From Alphaproteobacteria bacterium (GTDB lineage: Bacteria > Pseudomonadota > Alphaproteobacteria > GCA-2746255), in contig OZ252220.1 in the NCBI GenBank assembly GCA_965249135.1, forward strand, positions 1,632,001 through 1,696,000: 64,000 nucleotides of DNA, written 5' to 3'. A model generated the notes under the pieces. The model ran no database searches, was not told the DNA's origin, and saw only the letters and a list, made by a program, of their open reading frames with translations. The translations under genes were made by a program, and so were the position numbers. This document shows positions 13,536 through 25,528 of this stretch, one piece after another (the stretch's first letter is position 1; each line of letters begins with the position of its first letter).

Positions 13536-14192
13536 ATGAAATTTTTTGTTGATACCGCTGACCTTGAGGAGATCCGTGATCTCGCGGCGAGCGGCCTGCT
13601 CGATGGGGTGACGACGAATCCATCGCTGGTGGCCAAGACCGGCCAAGACTTCATCGAGGTTGTGAAACAGATTTGCGAAGTCGTTTCGGGTCCGGTCAGT
13701 GCCGAAGTGACCGCGACGGATCATGCCACGATGGTCAAGGAAGGCCGAAAGCTTGCGAAGATCGCAAAGAACATCGCCGTGAAGGTGCCGCTTACGCCGG
13801 ATGGCTTACATGCCTGCCGGATCCTTCGCGAGGACGGCACGATGGTGAACGTGACGCTTTGCTTCTCGCCGGCCCAGGCGATCCTGGCGGCGAAGGCGGG
13901 TGCCAGCTTCGTCTCCCCCTTCATCGGCCGCCTCGACGACATCGGCGAAGACGGCATGGGGCTGATTGCCGATATCTGCCAGATTTACCGGCAGTACGAT
14001 GCCTTCACGACGGAGGTGCTCGTTGCCTCCGTCCGCCACCCGATCCACGTGATCGAAGCGGCAAAAGTAGGCGCCCATGTCGCCACCATGCCGCCGAAGG
14101 TCCTGCGTCAGTTGTTTCAACATCCACTGACCGACAAGGGGCTCGCTGCCTTTCTGGCGGATTGGCAGAAGACGGGCCAGTCGATCCTTTAG
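13536..14192 (+). CDS. tal: Transaldolase / fructose-6-phosphate aldolase (short type)
   Basis: [37 protein letters not shown]. Confidence 0.93.
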   Translation: MKFFVDTADLEEIRDLAASGLLDGVTTNPSLVAKTGQDFIEVVKQICEVVSGPVSAEVTATDHATMVKEGRKLAKIAKNIAVKVPLTPDGLHACRILREDGTMVNVTLCFSPAQAILAAKAGASFVSPFIGRLDDIGEDGMGLIADICQIYRQYDAFTTEVLVASVRHPIHVIEAAKVGAHVATMPPKVLRQLFQHPLTDKGLAAFLADWQKTGQSIL

Positions 14193-14199
14193 AGAAGCG

Positions 14200-15141
14200 A
14201 TGGGGACGAACGCTCCACACCCGGCTGACCCAGAGCTTTCGGCCGCCATTGGCGAATGGGAAGCCTGGCTTGCTTCCGAGCGCCGCTACTCGCTTCATAC
14301 GGTGAAGGCCTATGACCGGGATCTCACCCAATTCCTTAAATTTCTGACCGACCACCTTGGCCGTCTGCCGGGGGTTGGCGCGCTCTCCGAGCTCAAGGCC
14401 GCCGATTTCCGGGCGTGGCTTGCTGCCCAAGCCCGGGCGGGCAAGGCGAAAGTCTCGATCGCGCGCGCGCTTTCCGTCGTGCGCGGGTTTTTCCGGTTTC
14501 TCGACCAGCGCGGGCTTTGCCACAATCCGGCGGTCGGGGCGGTTCGCTCGCCGCGGCTGCCCCATTCCGTGCCGAGACCGCTCGCCCCAAGCGAGGCGAA
14601 GGACGCCATCGAGGCGGCGGGAACGAGCACGGCGAAGCCCTGGATCGCCAAGCGCAACGCCGCGATCCTCACGCTGCTTTACGGGTGCGGCCTTCGCATC
14701 GGGGAGGCGTTGGGCCTCAGCCGCGGGCAGGCGCCGAGCGGGGGGGGCCTCGTCGTCTTCGGCAAGGGGGGGAAGGAACGCATCGTGCCGGTCTTGGCAA
14801 TCGTCCGCGAGGCAGTGGCGGATTACCTTGAGGCCTGTCCCTTCCCACTGGAAGCGGACGATCCTCTCTTCGTGGGCGCCCGCGGGCGGCGCCTGCAGGC
14901 CGGGATCGTGCAAAAGGAGATGCGAAGTTTGCGGGCGAGCCTGGGCCTGCCGGAGACCGCGACCCCGCACGCGCTTCGCCATAGCTTTGCCACGCATCTC
15001 CTTGCCGGCGGCGGCGACTTGCGCGCCATCCAGGAACTCCTGGGCCACGCCTCGCTTTCCACGACCCAGCGTTACACGGAAGTGGATGAGAAGAAGCTCC
15101 TTCGAACCTATGAAAAGGCCCACCCCCGCGCCCGGGGGTAG
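14200..15141 (+). CDS. xerC: Tyrosine recombinase XerC
   Basis: LLYGCGLRIGE, GKGGKER, TPHALRHSFATHLL, LLGHASLSTTQRYT; housekeeping position next to lpdA. Confidence 0.93.
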   Translation: MGTNAPHPADPELSAAIGEWEAWLASERRYSLHTVKAYDRDLTQFLKFLTDHLGRLPGVGALSELKAADFRAWLAAQARAGKAKVSIARALSVVRGFFRFLDQRGLCHNPAVGAVRSPRLPHSVPRPLAPSEAKDAIEAAGTSTAKPWIAKRNAAILTLLYGCGLRIGEALGLSRGQAPSGGGLVVFGKGGKERIVPVLAIVREAVADYLEACPFPLEADDPLFVGARGRRLQAGIVQKEMRSLRASLGLPETATPHALRHSFATHLLAGGGDLRAIQELLGHASLSTTQRYTEVDEKKLLRTYEKAHPRARG

Positions 15142-15151
15142 AAGGGATCGT

Positions 15152-15412
15152 TCACGGTTTTCGATTTTTCCTTCGGAATTTCTTTCGCCATCGGCGAAAG
15201 GTCGCATAGCTTTCGGGATAGCGTGTTTTGAGGCCCGAGATCTTCCGTCGTACCCAGATGGACTCACCGGCCAGCAGCAGGGTGCCGATGATCAGAAAAA
15301 GGATTCCCTGCAGCACGGGGAGAAAGAGGCCGGCAACACCAACGAGCAGGAAAAAGACGCCAAGGACCCTTCGGATCCAGTGGCCGATCGTATCGTTGAT
15401 GCGGTTCGCCAA
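15152..15412 (-). CDS. Small membrane protein, PGPGW-like family
   Basis: Hydrophobic hairpin GLFLPVLQGILFL with basic C-terminus; 9 nt after lpdA stop. Confidence 0.65.
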   Translation of the reverse strand: MANRINDTIGHWIRRVLGVFFLLVGVAGLFLPVLQGILFLIIGTLLLAGESIWVRRKISGLKTRYPESYATFRRWRKKFRRKNRKP

Positions 15413-15421
15413 AGCGATGCG

Positions 15422-16828
15422 CTAAAAATGGATGGGACGGCCTGCGACGGCAAGGGCTGCTTCTTTCACGGCCTCTCCGAAGCCGGGATGCGCATGGCAG
15501 GTTCGTGCGATGTCTTCCGCCGAACTTCCAAACTCGATGGCGAGGCCTGCTTCGGCGATCAATTCGCCCGCCACGGGTCCGACGATGTGCACGCCAAGCA
15601 CGCGATCCGTCGTCTTGTCCGCCAGGATTTTCACCAGCCCGTCCGTGTCCGCGTTTGTTCGTGCCCGGCTGTTCGCCAGGAAGGGAAACTTGCCGACCTT
15701 GTAGGCGATGCCTGCCGCTTTTAACTCTTCTTCCGTCTTGCCGACGGCGGCAATCTCGGGCCAGGTGTAGACGACACCCGGGATCGCGTCGTAGTTCACA
15801 TGCCCGGATTGGCCTGCGATGATCTCGGCAACGGCGATGCCTTCATCTTCTGCCTTGTGGGCCAGCATCACGCCTCGGACGACGTCGCCAATCGCATAGA
15901 TGGTTTTGACGTTCGTCCGGAAGTGGTCGTCGATCTTGACGCACCCCCTTTCGTCCGTCTCGATGCCTGCCGTGTCCAAGCCCAGTCCTTCCGTGTAAGG
16001 CACGCGTCCGATCGAAACGAGGACCACGTCCACCGAAAACGTTTCCGTCTTGCCGCCTTTTGCGGGTTCATAAGCCAAGGCGACGCCTTCTTTCGTGGCT
16101 TTTGCGCCGGTGACCTTCACGCTGAGCTTGAATTCAAGCCCTTGTTTCGTAAGAATTTTTTGTGATTCCTTCGCGAGTTCAGAATCCATCGGTGTCAGGA
16201 TGCGATCCAGAAATTCGAGCACGGTCACATCTGCGCCCAGGCGTCGCCAGACGGAACCCAACTCCAATCCGATGACGCCGGCGCCGATGACGGCGAGGTG
16301 TTTTGGAACCTTCGGAAGCGAAAGCGCGCCGGTCGAGGTGACGATTTGCTTCTCATCGGTTTCAACGCCGGGAAGGGGTGCCGAATCGGAACCGGTGGCG
16401 ATGACGATGTTCGAAGCCTTCAGCTTCTCTTCCTTGCCATCGCTCGTCACGGCCACCGTATCGGGGCTCAAGATGCGGCCGGTGCCATTGAAATGTGTGA
16501 CCTTGTTCTTCTTGAGGAGGAACGCAACGCCTTTCGTCAGGTCATCGACGACCTTTTCCTTTCGCGCCATCATGGAGGGAAGATCAAGTTCGACCTTGTT
16601 CACCTTGATGCCATGGCTCGCAAACTCGTGACCGGCCATTGCGAAATGATGGCTGGAATGCAGCAGCGCCTTCGAGGGAATGCAGCCCACGTTCAGACAG
16701 GTGCCACCCAATGGACCCCGCTTGTCGATGCACGCCGTGTTAAGCCCAAGCTGTGCGGCACGGATAGCGGCGACGTATCCGCCGGGTCCGCCACCGATCA
16801 CAACCACATCGAACTGCTTTTCGCTCAT
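15422..16828 (-). CDS. lpdA: Dihydrolipoyl dehydrogenase (E3)
   Basis: GGGPGGY, GGTCLNVGCIPSK, GAGVIGLE, HAHP..E. Confidence 0.98.
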   Translation of the reverse strand: MSEKQFDVVVIGGGPGGYVAAIRAAQLGLNTACIDKRGPLGGTCLNVGCIPSKALLHSSHHFAMAGHEFASHGIKVNKVELDLPSMMARKEKVVDDLTKGVAFLLKKNKVTHFNGTGRILSPDTVAVTSDGKEEKLKASNIVIATGSDSAPLPGVETDEKQIVTSTGALSLPKVPKHLAVIGAGVIGLELGSVWRRLGADVTVLEFLDRILTPMDSELAKESQKILTKQGLEFKLSVKVTGAKATKEGVALAYEPAKGGKTETFSVDVVLVSIGRVPYTEGLGLDTAGIETDERGCVKIDDHFRTNVKTIYAIGDVVRGVMLAHKAEDEGIAVAEIIAGQSGHVNYDAIPGVVYTWPEIAAVGKTEEELKAAGIAYKVGKFPFLANSRARTNADTDGLVKILADKTTDRVLGVHIVGPVAGELIAEAGLAIEFGSSAEDIARTCHAHPGFGEAVKEAALAVAGRPIHF

Positions 16829-16864
16829 GGGTGCGTTCCTTGAAGCGTAGGAAGGGAGCTCCGT

Positions 16865-18094
16865 TTAAATATCGAGCAGAATGCGTTTCGGGTCTTCGAT
16901 GCATTCCTTGACACGAACAAGGAAGGTGACCGCCTCACGTCCGTCGATCAGCCGATGGTCATAGGTAAGTGCGAGGTACATCATCGGCCGCACTACGACA
17001 TTGCCGTCGACGGCCATGGGGCGATCCTGGATCTTGTGCATGCCGAGAATGGCGGATTGAGGCGGATTGATGATCGGCGTGGAAAGCAGGGAGCCGAAGA
17101 CGCCACCGTTGGAGATGGTGAAGGTTCCGCCGGTCAGTTCTTCCATGGTGAGCGTACCGTCCCGTGCCTTTGCTCCGTAGTTACCGATTTGTTTTTCGAT
17201 GTCGGCGAAACCGAGGCGATCGGCGTTGCGGACGACCGGCACGACCAGGCCTTGGGGGGAGCTAACGGCGACGCCGATGTCGTAGTGGTTTTTGTAGACG
17301 ATTTCGTCGCCCTCGATCTGGGCATTGACCCCGGGGAGTTCCTTGAGCGCCACGATCGCGGCCTTGATGAAGAAGGACATGTAACCGAGGCGCACGCCGT
17401 ACTTCTTCTCGAAGCTGTCCCGGTATTCCGCACGTGCGGATTTAAGCGCGCCCATGTCCACCTCGTTGAAGGTGGTGAGCATGGCGGCCGTGTTCTGGGC
17501 TTCCTTGAGGCGCTCGGCGACGCGCTTGCGCAGCCGGGACATGCGGACGCGTTCTTCCTCGGGCCCGGCCGATGGCGCGCGGGCTTCGGCCGGCGCGGCT
17601 GGCGCTTGGCCGGCGTCGAGATGGGCAAGCACGTCCCCCTTCGTAAGCCGGCCGTCCTTGCCGGTGCTAGGGATCGCGGAAGCGTCCAGGTGGTTTTCCT
17701 CGACGAGCTTGCGGACGGCGGGCGACAGGGGCGCGCCTTCAGCCTTGGCCGGCTCGGCCGCCTTCGGCGCCGCCGCTTTGGGCGCGCTTTCCGGTGCCTT
17801 GACCGGTTCGGCCGGCTTTGCTTTTTCGGCCGGCTTCGGCGAGGTAGCGCCTCCGTTGCCTTCCTCGATCCGGCCCAGAAGGGCGCCGACCTCGACGTCG
17901 GCGCCGCTTTCCACGACGATTTCGGTGAGCTGGCCGTCGGCCGGGGCAGGCACTTCGAGGGTGACCTTGTCCGTCTCCAGCTCGACAAGCGGCTCGTCTG
18001 CGGAAACCGTGTCGCCCACGGCTTTAAACCACTGTGCCACGGTTGCTTCCGTAACCGATTCACCCAGTTCAGGTACTACGATTTCCTGTGTCAT
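16865..18094 (-). CDS. sucB: 2-oxoglutarate dehydrogenase E2, dihydrolipoyl succinyltransferase
   Basis: Lipoyl site ETDKV, E3-binding domain, YDHRLIDG. Confidence 0.98.
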   Translation of the reverse strand: MTQEIVVPELGESVTEATVAQWFKAVGDTVSADEPLVELETDKVTLEVPAPADGQLTEIVVESGADVEVGALLGRIEEGNGGATSPKPAEKAKPAEPVKAPESAPKAAAPKAAEPAKAEGAPLSPAVRKLVEENHLDASAIPSTGKDGRLTKGDVLAHLDAGQAPAAPAEARAPSAGPEEERVRMSRLRKRVAERLKEAQNTAAMLTTFNEVDMGALKSARAEYRDSFEKKYGVRLGYMSFFIKAAIVALKELPGVNAQIEGDEIVYKNHYDIGVAVSSPQGLVVPVVRNADRLGFADIEKQIGNYGAKARDGTLTMEELTGGTFTISNGGVFGSLLSTPIINPPQSAILGMHKIQDRPMAVDGNVVVRPMMYLALTYDHRLIDGREAVTFLVRVKECIEDPKRILLDI

Positions 18095-18196
18095 TTCTTC
18101 CTCGGAACTTCCTACCCGTACCGGCCCAACCTACCCATGGGGGAGCGGTCTGAATTTGAGATTGAAGGGAGGCTTCCTGCACGCCCGGACCTTTCG

Positions 18197-21040
18197 TTAT
18201 GCATGCGTCAATGCTTCGTCCACGAGTTCCGCCTGCTCTTGATTGTGCGTACGCAACAGGCCCGTTGCTGGCGAGGCGGCTTCCTTACGTCCGACATAGT
18301 TTGCTCGCGCCGTTTTATGTTTCATCTCGACCAGCACGTCTTCGAGGCGGCGATCGAGGAAAGTCCAGGCTCCCATGTTCTTCGGCTCTTCCTGGCACCA
18401 AACCACATCGGCGTTCGGATATTTTTTCAACTCATCGGTGATGGTGTCTGCCGCGAATGGATAAAGTTGTTCGAGCCTGAGAAGGACGATGTCCTGGATT
18501 CCGCGCTTTTCCCGTTCCTCTTCGAGATCGTAATAGACCTTGCCCGTGCAGAAGACGACCCGCTTCACCTTGTTTCCGGCGACCAACTTCGCGGTGTCGA
18601 TCAGCACGCGGTGAAACGTCGAATCGGGGCCCATGTCTGCCAGCGTGGAGACGGCCTTCTTGTGACGCAGCAGCAATTTTGGCGTCATGATGACGAGAGG
18701 CTTTCGGAAATTCCGGTGGATCTGTTGCCTCAGGATATGGAAATAGTTTGCCGGCGTCGTGCAGTTCGCAACCTGGAGGTTGTCCTCGGCGCAAAGCTGG
18801 AGGTAACGCTCGAGACGGGCGGAAGAATGTTCCGGCCCCTGGCCTTCGAAGCCGTGCGGCAGAAGCATGACGAGACCGGACATCCGCATCCATTTGCTTT
18901 CGGCGGAGGCGATGAACTGGTCGATGACGACCTGGGCGCCGTTTGCGAAGTCACCGAACTGGGCTTCCCAAAGAACAAGCGTGTTCGGCTCGGTCATCGT
19001 GTAGCCGTATTCAAACCCGAGCACGCCGGCTTCCGATAAGGGGCTGTCGAGCACCTCGAAGGCCGCCTGGCCATCCTTCAGGTGATCGAGTGGGTAGTAT
19101 TTTGCTTCCGTATCCTGGTCGACGAACGCCGCATGGCGATGGGAGAAGGTGCCGCGGGTGCAATCCTGGCCGCTCAGCCGCACCGGCATGCCTTCACACA
19201 GAAGCGACCCGAAGGCGAGCGCCTCCGCCGTCCCCCAGTCGATGCCCTCGCCGCTTTCGAACATCTTCTGCTTCGCTTTCAACTGGCGGAGGATCTTCCG
19301 GTTTACGTTGATCTCTTCCGGAGCGGACGCCAGCACCTCGCCGATCTCACGGAGCGTCTTCAGCGGCACGCCCGTCTCGCCGCGGCGCTTGCCGTCCGTC
19401 GCAAGACCAAGGCCCATCCAGGCCCCTTCCAGCCAGTCCGCCTTGTTCGGCTTGTAGTGCCGGGCCGCCTCGAAGTCCGCATCGAGGCCCTTCATGCAGG
19501 AATCGTAAATGCCTTGCGCCTCTTCCTCCGTGAGTTCGCCTTCGGCAGCCAGTTTTTTCGCATAGATTTCACGGGTCGTCGGGTGACCGGCAATCGCCTT
19601 GTACATCAAAGGCTGGGTAAAGGCCGGTTCGTCGCCTTCGTTATGGCCGAAGCGGCGGTAGCAGAACATGTCGATGATGACGTCCTTGTGGAATTTCTGC
19701 CGAAACTCCGTGGCGATCTTGGCGACGTGGACGACGGCCTCCGGGTCGTCGCCGTTCACATGAAGAATTGGCGCCTGGATTCCTTTCGCGATGTCGGAAG
19801 GATATGGCGTGCCGCGGGAGAATTTCGGAGAGGTCGTGAATCCGATCTGGTTGTTGATGATGAAATGAATGGTGCCACCGCAGCGATAACCTTGGATGTC
19901 GCCAAGCTCGAGGCTTTCCGGCACCAATCCCTGGCCGGCGAAGGCCGCGTCGCCATGCATGAGGATACTGAGGACCTGATCGCGTTCCTCGTTTCCGCGC
20001 TGGGCCTGTTTGGCGCGCGTCTTTCCCAACACCACCGGGTCGACGATCTCGAGGTGGGAGGGGTTGGCGGTGAGCGACAGGTGGACGTTTTGTTCGTCGA
20101 ACTCCCGATCGGCGGAGGCGCCGAGGTGGTACTTCACGTCGCCGGATCCTTGAAAATCGTCCGTTTGGGCGGGATTTCCCTGGAATTCCGAGACGATCGC
20201 CGCGAAGGGCTTCTTCATGACGTTCGCCAGCACGTTCAGCCGCCCGCGGTGGGACATGCCGAGGACGACCTCTTGGACGCCGAGCTGGCTTCCCCGCTTC
20301 AGCACCTGTTCGACGGCCGGGATCAGGCTTTCGCCGCCATCCAGTCCGAACCGCTTCGTGCCCGGATGCTTCACGTGGAGCAATTGTTCGAAGGCTTCTG
20401 CCTCCGACAGGCGTTCGAGGATCGCCCGCTTGCCGTGCGAAGTGAAGGCCGGCTGATTGCGCCCGTTCTCCACCCGCAGCTGGAGCCAGGCCTTCTGGTC
20501 AGGATCCTGCATATGCATGAATTCGACCCCGATATTTCCGCAATAGGTCTGATGCAGGGCATCGAGAATTTCGCGCATCGTTGCCTTTTCCATGCCGAGC
20601 ACGTTGTCGATAAAGATCGGACGGTCGTAATCCTCTTCCGTAAAGCCATAGGATTTCGGATCGAGCTCAGGATGGTACTTTTCCCGATGAAGGCCGAGAG
20701 GGTCGAAATTCGCAATCAGATGACCACGCACCCGATAGGCGCGGATCATCATCAGCGCCCGGATGCTGTCGAGGGTGGCGGCGTGGACCTCGCCCTCGGC
20801 GGCCGGGGCCAAGTCGGCCTTCGGCGTGGCTTCTTCTTCGCCAAATTCGAGTGGCCGTTTTGGCGCCCAGCTTGCACCGCTGAGATCGCTTACCGAAACC
20901 CCGTCCCGGATCTCGGCAAAGAAGGGCTGCCAGCTTGGGTCAACGGAACCGGGACTTTCCAGGTACCGACGGAAAAGCTCCTCGACGAAGGCGGCATTGG
21001 CGCCGGAGAGGAAGGTGGGTTCGATGGGGCGGTTCGCCAT
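18197..21040 (-). CDS. sucA: 2-oxoglutarate dehydrogenase E1
   Basis: GMSHRGRLN, NPSHLE, HGDAAFAGQG, WEAQFGDF, GPEHSSAR. Confidence 0.99.
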   Translation of the reverse strand: MANRPIEPTFLSGANAAFVEELFRRYLESPGSVDPSWQPFFAEIRDGVSVSDLSGASWAPKRPLEFGEEEATPKADLAPAAEGEVHAATLDSIRALMMIRAYRVRGHLIANFDPLGLHREKYHPELDPKSYGFTEEDYDRPIFIDNVLGMEKATMREILDALHQTYCGNIGVEFMHMQDPDQKAWLQLRVENGRNQPAFTSHGKRAILERLSEAEAFEQLLHVKHPGTKRFGLDGGESLIPAVEQVLKRGSQLGVQEVVLGMSHRGRLNVLANVMKKPFAAIVSEFQGNPAQTDDFQGSGDVKYHLGASADREFDEQNVHLSLTANPSHLEIVDPVVLGKTRAKQAQRGNEERDQVLSILMHGDAAFAGQGLVPESLELGDIQGYRCGGTIHFIINNQIGFTTSPKFSRGTPYPSDIAKGIQAPILHVNGDDPEAVVHVAKIATEFRQKFHKDVIIDMFCYRRFGHNEGDEPAFTQPLMYKAIAGHPTTREIYAKKLAAEGELTEEEAQGIYDSCMKGLDADFEAARHYKPNKADWLEGAWMGLGLATDGKRRGETGVPLKTLREIGEVLASAPEEINVNRKILRQLKAKQKMFESGEGIDWGTAEALAFGSLLCEGMPVRLSGQDCTRGTFSHRHAAFVDQDTEAKYYPLDHLKDGQAAFEVLDSPLSEAGVLGFEYGYTMTEPNTLVLWEAQFGDFANGAQVVIDQFIASAESKWMRMSGLVMLLPHGFEGQGPEHSSARLERYLQLCAEDNLQVANCTTPANYFHILRQQIHRNFRKPLVIMTPKLLLRHKKAVSTLADMGPDSTFHRVLIDTAKLVAGNKVKRVVFCTGKVYYDLEEEREKRGIQDIVLLRLEQLYPFAADTITDELKKYPNADVVWCQEEPKNMGAWTFLDRRLEDVLVEMKHKTARANYVGRKEAASPATGLLRTHNQEQAELVDEALTHA

Positions 21041-21121
21041 GATCGGGAAAGATACCGGTGGTCCAGCATCTTCTGATAGTTAAGTTTGGTTAACGTTTTG
21101 CTAACTATATGAGACGGCAGA

Positions 21122-21997
21122 TTATTTCTTCAATGCCTTCAGCATCGTCTGGCCAATTTCGGCCGGCGATTCGGTGACGTGAATGCCGGCGCTTCGAAAG
21201 GCCTCGATCTTGTCATTCGCGGTGCCTTTGCCTCCGGAGATGATGGCGCCGGCATGACCCATGCGCTTGCCCGGCGGGGCGGTGACCCCGGCGATGAAGC
21301 CGACGACCGGCTTTTTCCGCTTGTCGGCCTTGAGAAAGGCGGCCGCGTCCTCTTCCGCCGTCCCGCCGATTTCACCGATCATGACGATGCCCTCCGTCTC
21401 CGGATCATCGAGAAACAGCTCGAGACAATCGATGAAATTGGTGCCGTTGACCGGGTCGCCGCCGGTCCCGATGCAGGTCGTCTGGCCGAGGCCTGTCGCC
21501 GTCGTCTGGGCGACGGCCTCGTAAGTGAGCGTGCCCGAGCGTGAGACGACGCCGATCCGCCCACGCTTGTGTATGTGGCCGGGCATGATGCCGATCTTGC
21601 ACTCGTCCGGCGTGATGATGCCAGGGCAGTTGGGGCCGATGAGGCGGGTCTTCGAATCGGCAAGGGTGCGCTTTACACGCACCATGTCGAGGACGGGAAT
21701 CCCTTCCGTGATGCAGACGGCGAGCGCGATGCCCGCGTCGATCGCTTCGAGGATCGCGTCCGCCGCAAAGGGCGGCGGGACATAGATGGCGGATGCATCT
21801 GCGCCGGTGGCGGCGGCAGCCTCGCCGACGGTGTCGAAGACCGGAAGGTCGAGGTGTTTCGTGCCGCCCTTGTTCGGGGTTACGCCGCCGACCATTTTCG
21901 TGCCGTAGGCAATGGCCTGTTCGGAATGGAACGTGCCCTGAGAGCCGGTGAAGCCTTGACAAATGACCTTCGTGTTCTGGTCAACAAGAACCGCCAT
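21122..21997 (-). CDS. sucD: Succinyl-CoA ligase alpha subunit
   Basis: [31 protein letters not shown]. Confidence 0.99.
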   Translation of the reverse strand: MAVLVDQNTKVICQGFTGSQGTFHSEQAIAYGTKMVGGVTPNKGGTKHLDLPVFDTVGEAAAATGADASAIYVPPPFAADAILEAIDAGIALAVCITEGIPVLDMVRVKRTLADSKTRLIGPNCPGIITPDECKIGIMPGHIHKRGRIGVVSRSGTLTYEAVAQTTATGLGQTTCIGTGGDPVNGTNFIDCLELFLDDPETEGIVMIGEIGGTAEEDAAAFLKADKRKKPVVGFIAGVTAPPGKRMGHAGAIISGGKGTANDKIEAFRSAGIHVTESPAEIGQTMLKALKK

Positions 21998-23166
21998 CAG
22001 CCCGCCTCTTTCACTGCCTGGACAATTTTCTTGGCCGCATCTCCGAGGTCATCCGCCGAATCGATCGGCAATCCGGAACGCTCAAGAATTTCTTTGCCAA
22101 GATCGACGTTCGTGCCTTCGAGGCGAACCACGAGCGGCACATTCAGACTCACCTCGCGCGCCGCGGCGACGACGCCTTCGGCAATGACGTCACAACGCAT
22201 GATGCCGCCGAAGATATTGACAAGAATGCCTTCGACGTTTGGGTCCGAAAGAATGAGTTTGAAAGCGGTCGTGACACGTTCGCGCGTTGCGCCGCCACCG
22301 ACGTCGAGGAAGTTCGCCGGCGCGCCGCCATGGAGCTTGATGATGTCCATCGTCGCCATGGCGAGGCCTGCGCCATTCACCATGCAGCCGACACTACCGT
22401 CGAGCTTGATGTAATTCAGATTGTGGCGGGCGGCTTCGACTTCGGAAGGGTCTTCTTCATGTTCGTCACGCAGCTCTTCGATGTCCCTATGACGAAAGAG
22501 CGCGTTGTCATCGAAATTCATCTTCGCATCGAGGGCCATCACTTCTCCGGCACTCGTCACGACCAGCGGGTTGATCTCGATGAGGCTTACGTCGAGTTCC
22601 GTGAACGCCTTGTACACGGAAAGAATGAATTTTTGCGCGGAGCTTACTTGCTTGTCGCGAAGGCCGAGGCCAAAGGCAAGGTTGCGCGCATGGTAGGGCT
22701 GAATGCCCGTCACCGGATCGATCGACACCTTGTGAATCTTCTCCGGCATCTTTGCCGCGACCTCTTCGATATCCATGCCCCCTTCGGTGGAGGCCATGAT
22801 CGTGAGTTGTCCCTTCACGCGGTCGACCAGCATGCCGAGATAGAGTTCCCGGGCAATGTCGCACCCTTCCTCGATATAGACGCGTTTGACTTCCTTGCCT
22901 TCCGGGCCGGTCTGGTGGGTGACCAGGTTCATGCCCAGCATCTTCTTGGCCGCCTCCATGACCTCTTTTTCGGATTTGACGACCTTGATGCCGCCGCCCT
23001 TGCCGCGCCCGCCGGCATGGATCTGGGCCTTGACGACCCAGACCGGTCCGCCAAGCTCATGGGCGACGGTCTCCGCCTCCTGGGGCGTATAGGCGATGCC
23101 GCCGCTTGGCATGGCAACGCCATAGCGTGCAAGCAAGCCCTTCGCCTGATATTCGTGAATGTTCAT
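21997..23166 (-). CDS. sucC: Succinyl-CoA ligase beta subunit
   Basis: MNIHEYQAK start at 23166, [33 protein letters not shown]. Confidence 0.98.
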   Translation of the reverse strand: MNIHEYQAKGLLARYGVAMPSGGIAYTPQEAETVAHELGGPVWVVKAQIHAGGRGKGGGIKVVKSEKEVMEAAKKMLGMNLVTHQTGPEGKEVKRVYIEEGCDIARELYLGMLVDRVKGQLTIMASTEGGMDIEEVAAKMPEKIHKVSIDPVTGIQPYHARNLAFGLGLRDKQVSSAQKFILSVYKAFTELDVSLIEINPLVVTSAGEVMALDAKMNFDDNALFRHRDIEELRDEHEEDPSEVEAARHNLNYIKLDGSVGCMVNGAGLAMATMDIIKLHGGAPANFLDVGGGATRERVTTAFKLILSDPNVEGILVNIFGGIMRCDVIAEGVVAAAREVSLNVPLVVRLEGTNVDLGKEILERSGLPIDSADDLGDAAKKIVQAVKEAG

Positions 23167-23246
23167 CCCGCTTACCACTTAAGACACGCGTGGTTACTTA
23201 CCGATTAAGACGCGCGGTGTGCCCCGGCCGGGGGCGGAGGAGGAAA

Positions 23247-23294
23247 CCAAGGAGGGGCCGAGAGACGTGGAAAACGTCCCTCGACCCCACTTGG
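23247..23294 (-). other. Long stem-loop in the mdh-sucC spacer
   Basis: mRNA strand GGGGUCGAGGGACGU-UUUCC-ACGUCUCUCGGCCCC (15 bp incl. 2 G-U), extended by CCAAG/CUUGG. Confidence 0.7.
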
Positions 23295-23343
23295 CTGGCA
23301 CCACCTCAGGCAGTCGCTGCCTCAGACAGTCGCCACATGCGTT

Positions 23344-23363
23344 TCGGCAGGAAAACCCGCCAA
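23344..23363 (-). terminator. Hairpin just after mdh stop (weak terminator or processing site)
   Basis: UUGGCGGG-UUUU-CCUGCCGA; no downstream U-tract. Confidence 0.35.
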
Positions 23364-23373
23364 GACCGTAAGG

Positions 23374-24573
<1,200 letters not shown>

Positions 24574-24674
24574 TTACAATGTTGGGATTAGCGCGAACTG
24601 CAAATTTCTGCAAGCATTTGTGCAAGCATTCGTGAAATTCATTTCAAATTTATTTATGGGGATTGTCGTCAATA

Positions 24675-25508
24675 TTACGAATCGAGATCGAGTCCGACGT
24701 CGATTGCAGGTGCAGAATGCGTAATTTTTCCGACAGAAATAAAGTCGACTCCGGTTTCCGCGATTTCGCGAATCGTCTCGAGTGAAATGTTTCCGGAAGC
24801 CTCCAATTTCACTTGGCCGGAAACGCTGGAAACCGCGGTATGCAAGGCTTTCAGGCTCATGTTGTCGAGCAGCAAAATGTCGGCACCAGCCGCTATTGCT
24901 TCGCTTACTTGATCCATGTTTTCGCACTCGATTTCGATCGGAGTAAGCCCCGCATCCTTGGCACGGCGCACCGCTTCTGCGAGCCCGCCGGCGACGGCAA
25001 GGTGGTTGTCCTTGATCAGGACCCCATTGGCGAGGTCCAGGCGGTGATTTTGAGCACCACCGAGGCCAGAGGCGTATTTTTCGAGCCTGCGGAGGCCAGG
25101 AAGCGTCTTCCGGGTATCGCGAAGAACGGCGCGCGTGCCTTCGATTCGCTTCACATACGCACGGGTGAGCGTGGCGATTCCGGAAAGGTGCTGAACGACG
25201 TTGAGGGCGGCCCGTTCCGCGGCAAGTAGCCCACGCGCGTCCCCTTGAAGACGGGCAAGCACGGTCCCGGTTGCGACTTCTTCTCCCTCTTTGATGGGAA
25301 CGTTGATCTTCGCTTCGGGGGTCATTCGACGGACAATCGCAACCGCGATAAGAAGGCCCGCAATGACGGCGGATTGGCGGGTCACCATCCTTAAGCTCAG
25401 CTCCGTTCCTTCCGGAACGATCGTGCGGCTCGTCACGTCGTCAAAGGCGGCATCCTCGCTGAGCGCGCGGTCGGCAATTTCTTCGATTTCCCGGTCGGTC
25501 AGATGCAT
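24675..25508 (-). CDS. nadC: Nicotinate-nucleotide diphosphorylase (quinolinate phosphoribosyltransferase)
   Basis: ALSED, ERAALN, SGIATLT, DTRKTLPG, HR, LIKDNH, LLDNM, EASG. Confidence 0.97.
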   Translation of the reverse strand: MHLTDREIEEIADRALSEDAAFDDVTSRTIVPEGTELSLRMVTRQSAVIAGLLIAVAIVRRMTPEAKINVPIKEGEEVATGTVLARLQGDARGLLAAERAALNVVQHLSGIATLTRAYVKRIEGTRAVLRDTRKTLPGLRRLEKYASGLGGAQNHRLDLANGVLIKDNHLAVAGGLAEAVRRAKDAGLTPIEIECENMDQVSEAIAAGADILLLDNMSLKALHTAVSSVSGQVKLEASGNISLETIREIAETGVDFISVGKITHSAPAIDVGLDLDS

Positions 25509-25528
25509 CGGGGGCCGAACGGCAGGAC

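Noticed and set aside
14740-14772. G8 and G7 tracts in xerC as phase-variation sites
   Set aside because: Frame intact, tracts encode Gly-rich segments including conserved GKGGK, and such lengths are unremarkable at this GC content.
14200-15141. Tyrosine recombinase as integrase of a mobile element
   Set aside because: Sequence and position between tal and lpdA fit housekeeping XerC; no att sites or cargo genes.
18095-18196. sucA-sucB spacer with CCTACCC twice
   Set aside because: Too short, with no convincing stable structure.
16955-21076. Very long antisense ORFs (694 and 664 aa) opposite sucB/sucA, and similar ones opposite leuCD, sdhA, priA and ffh
   Set aside because: Shadow ORFs expected from high-GC codon bias; no recognisable motifs; they fully overlap well-supported genes.
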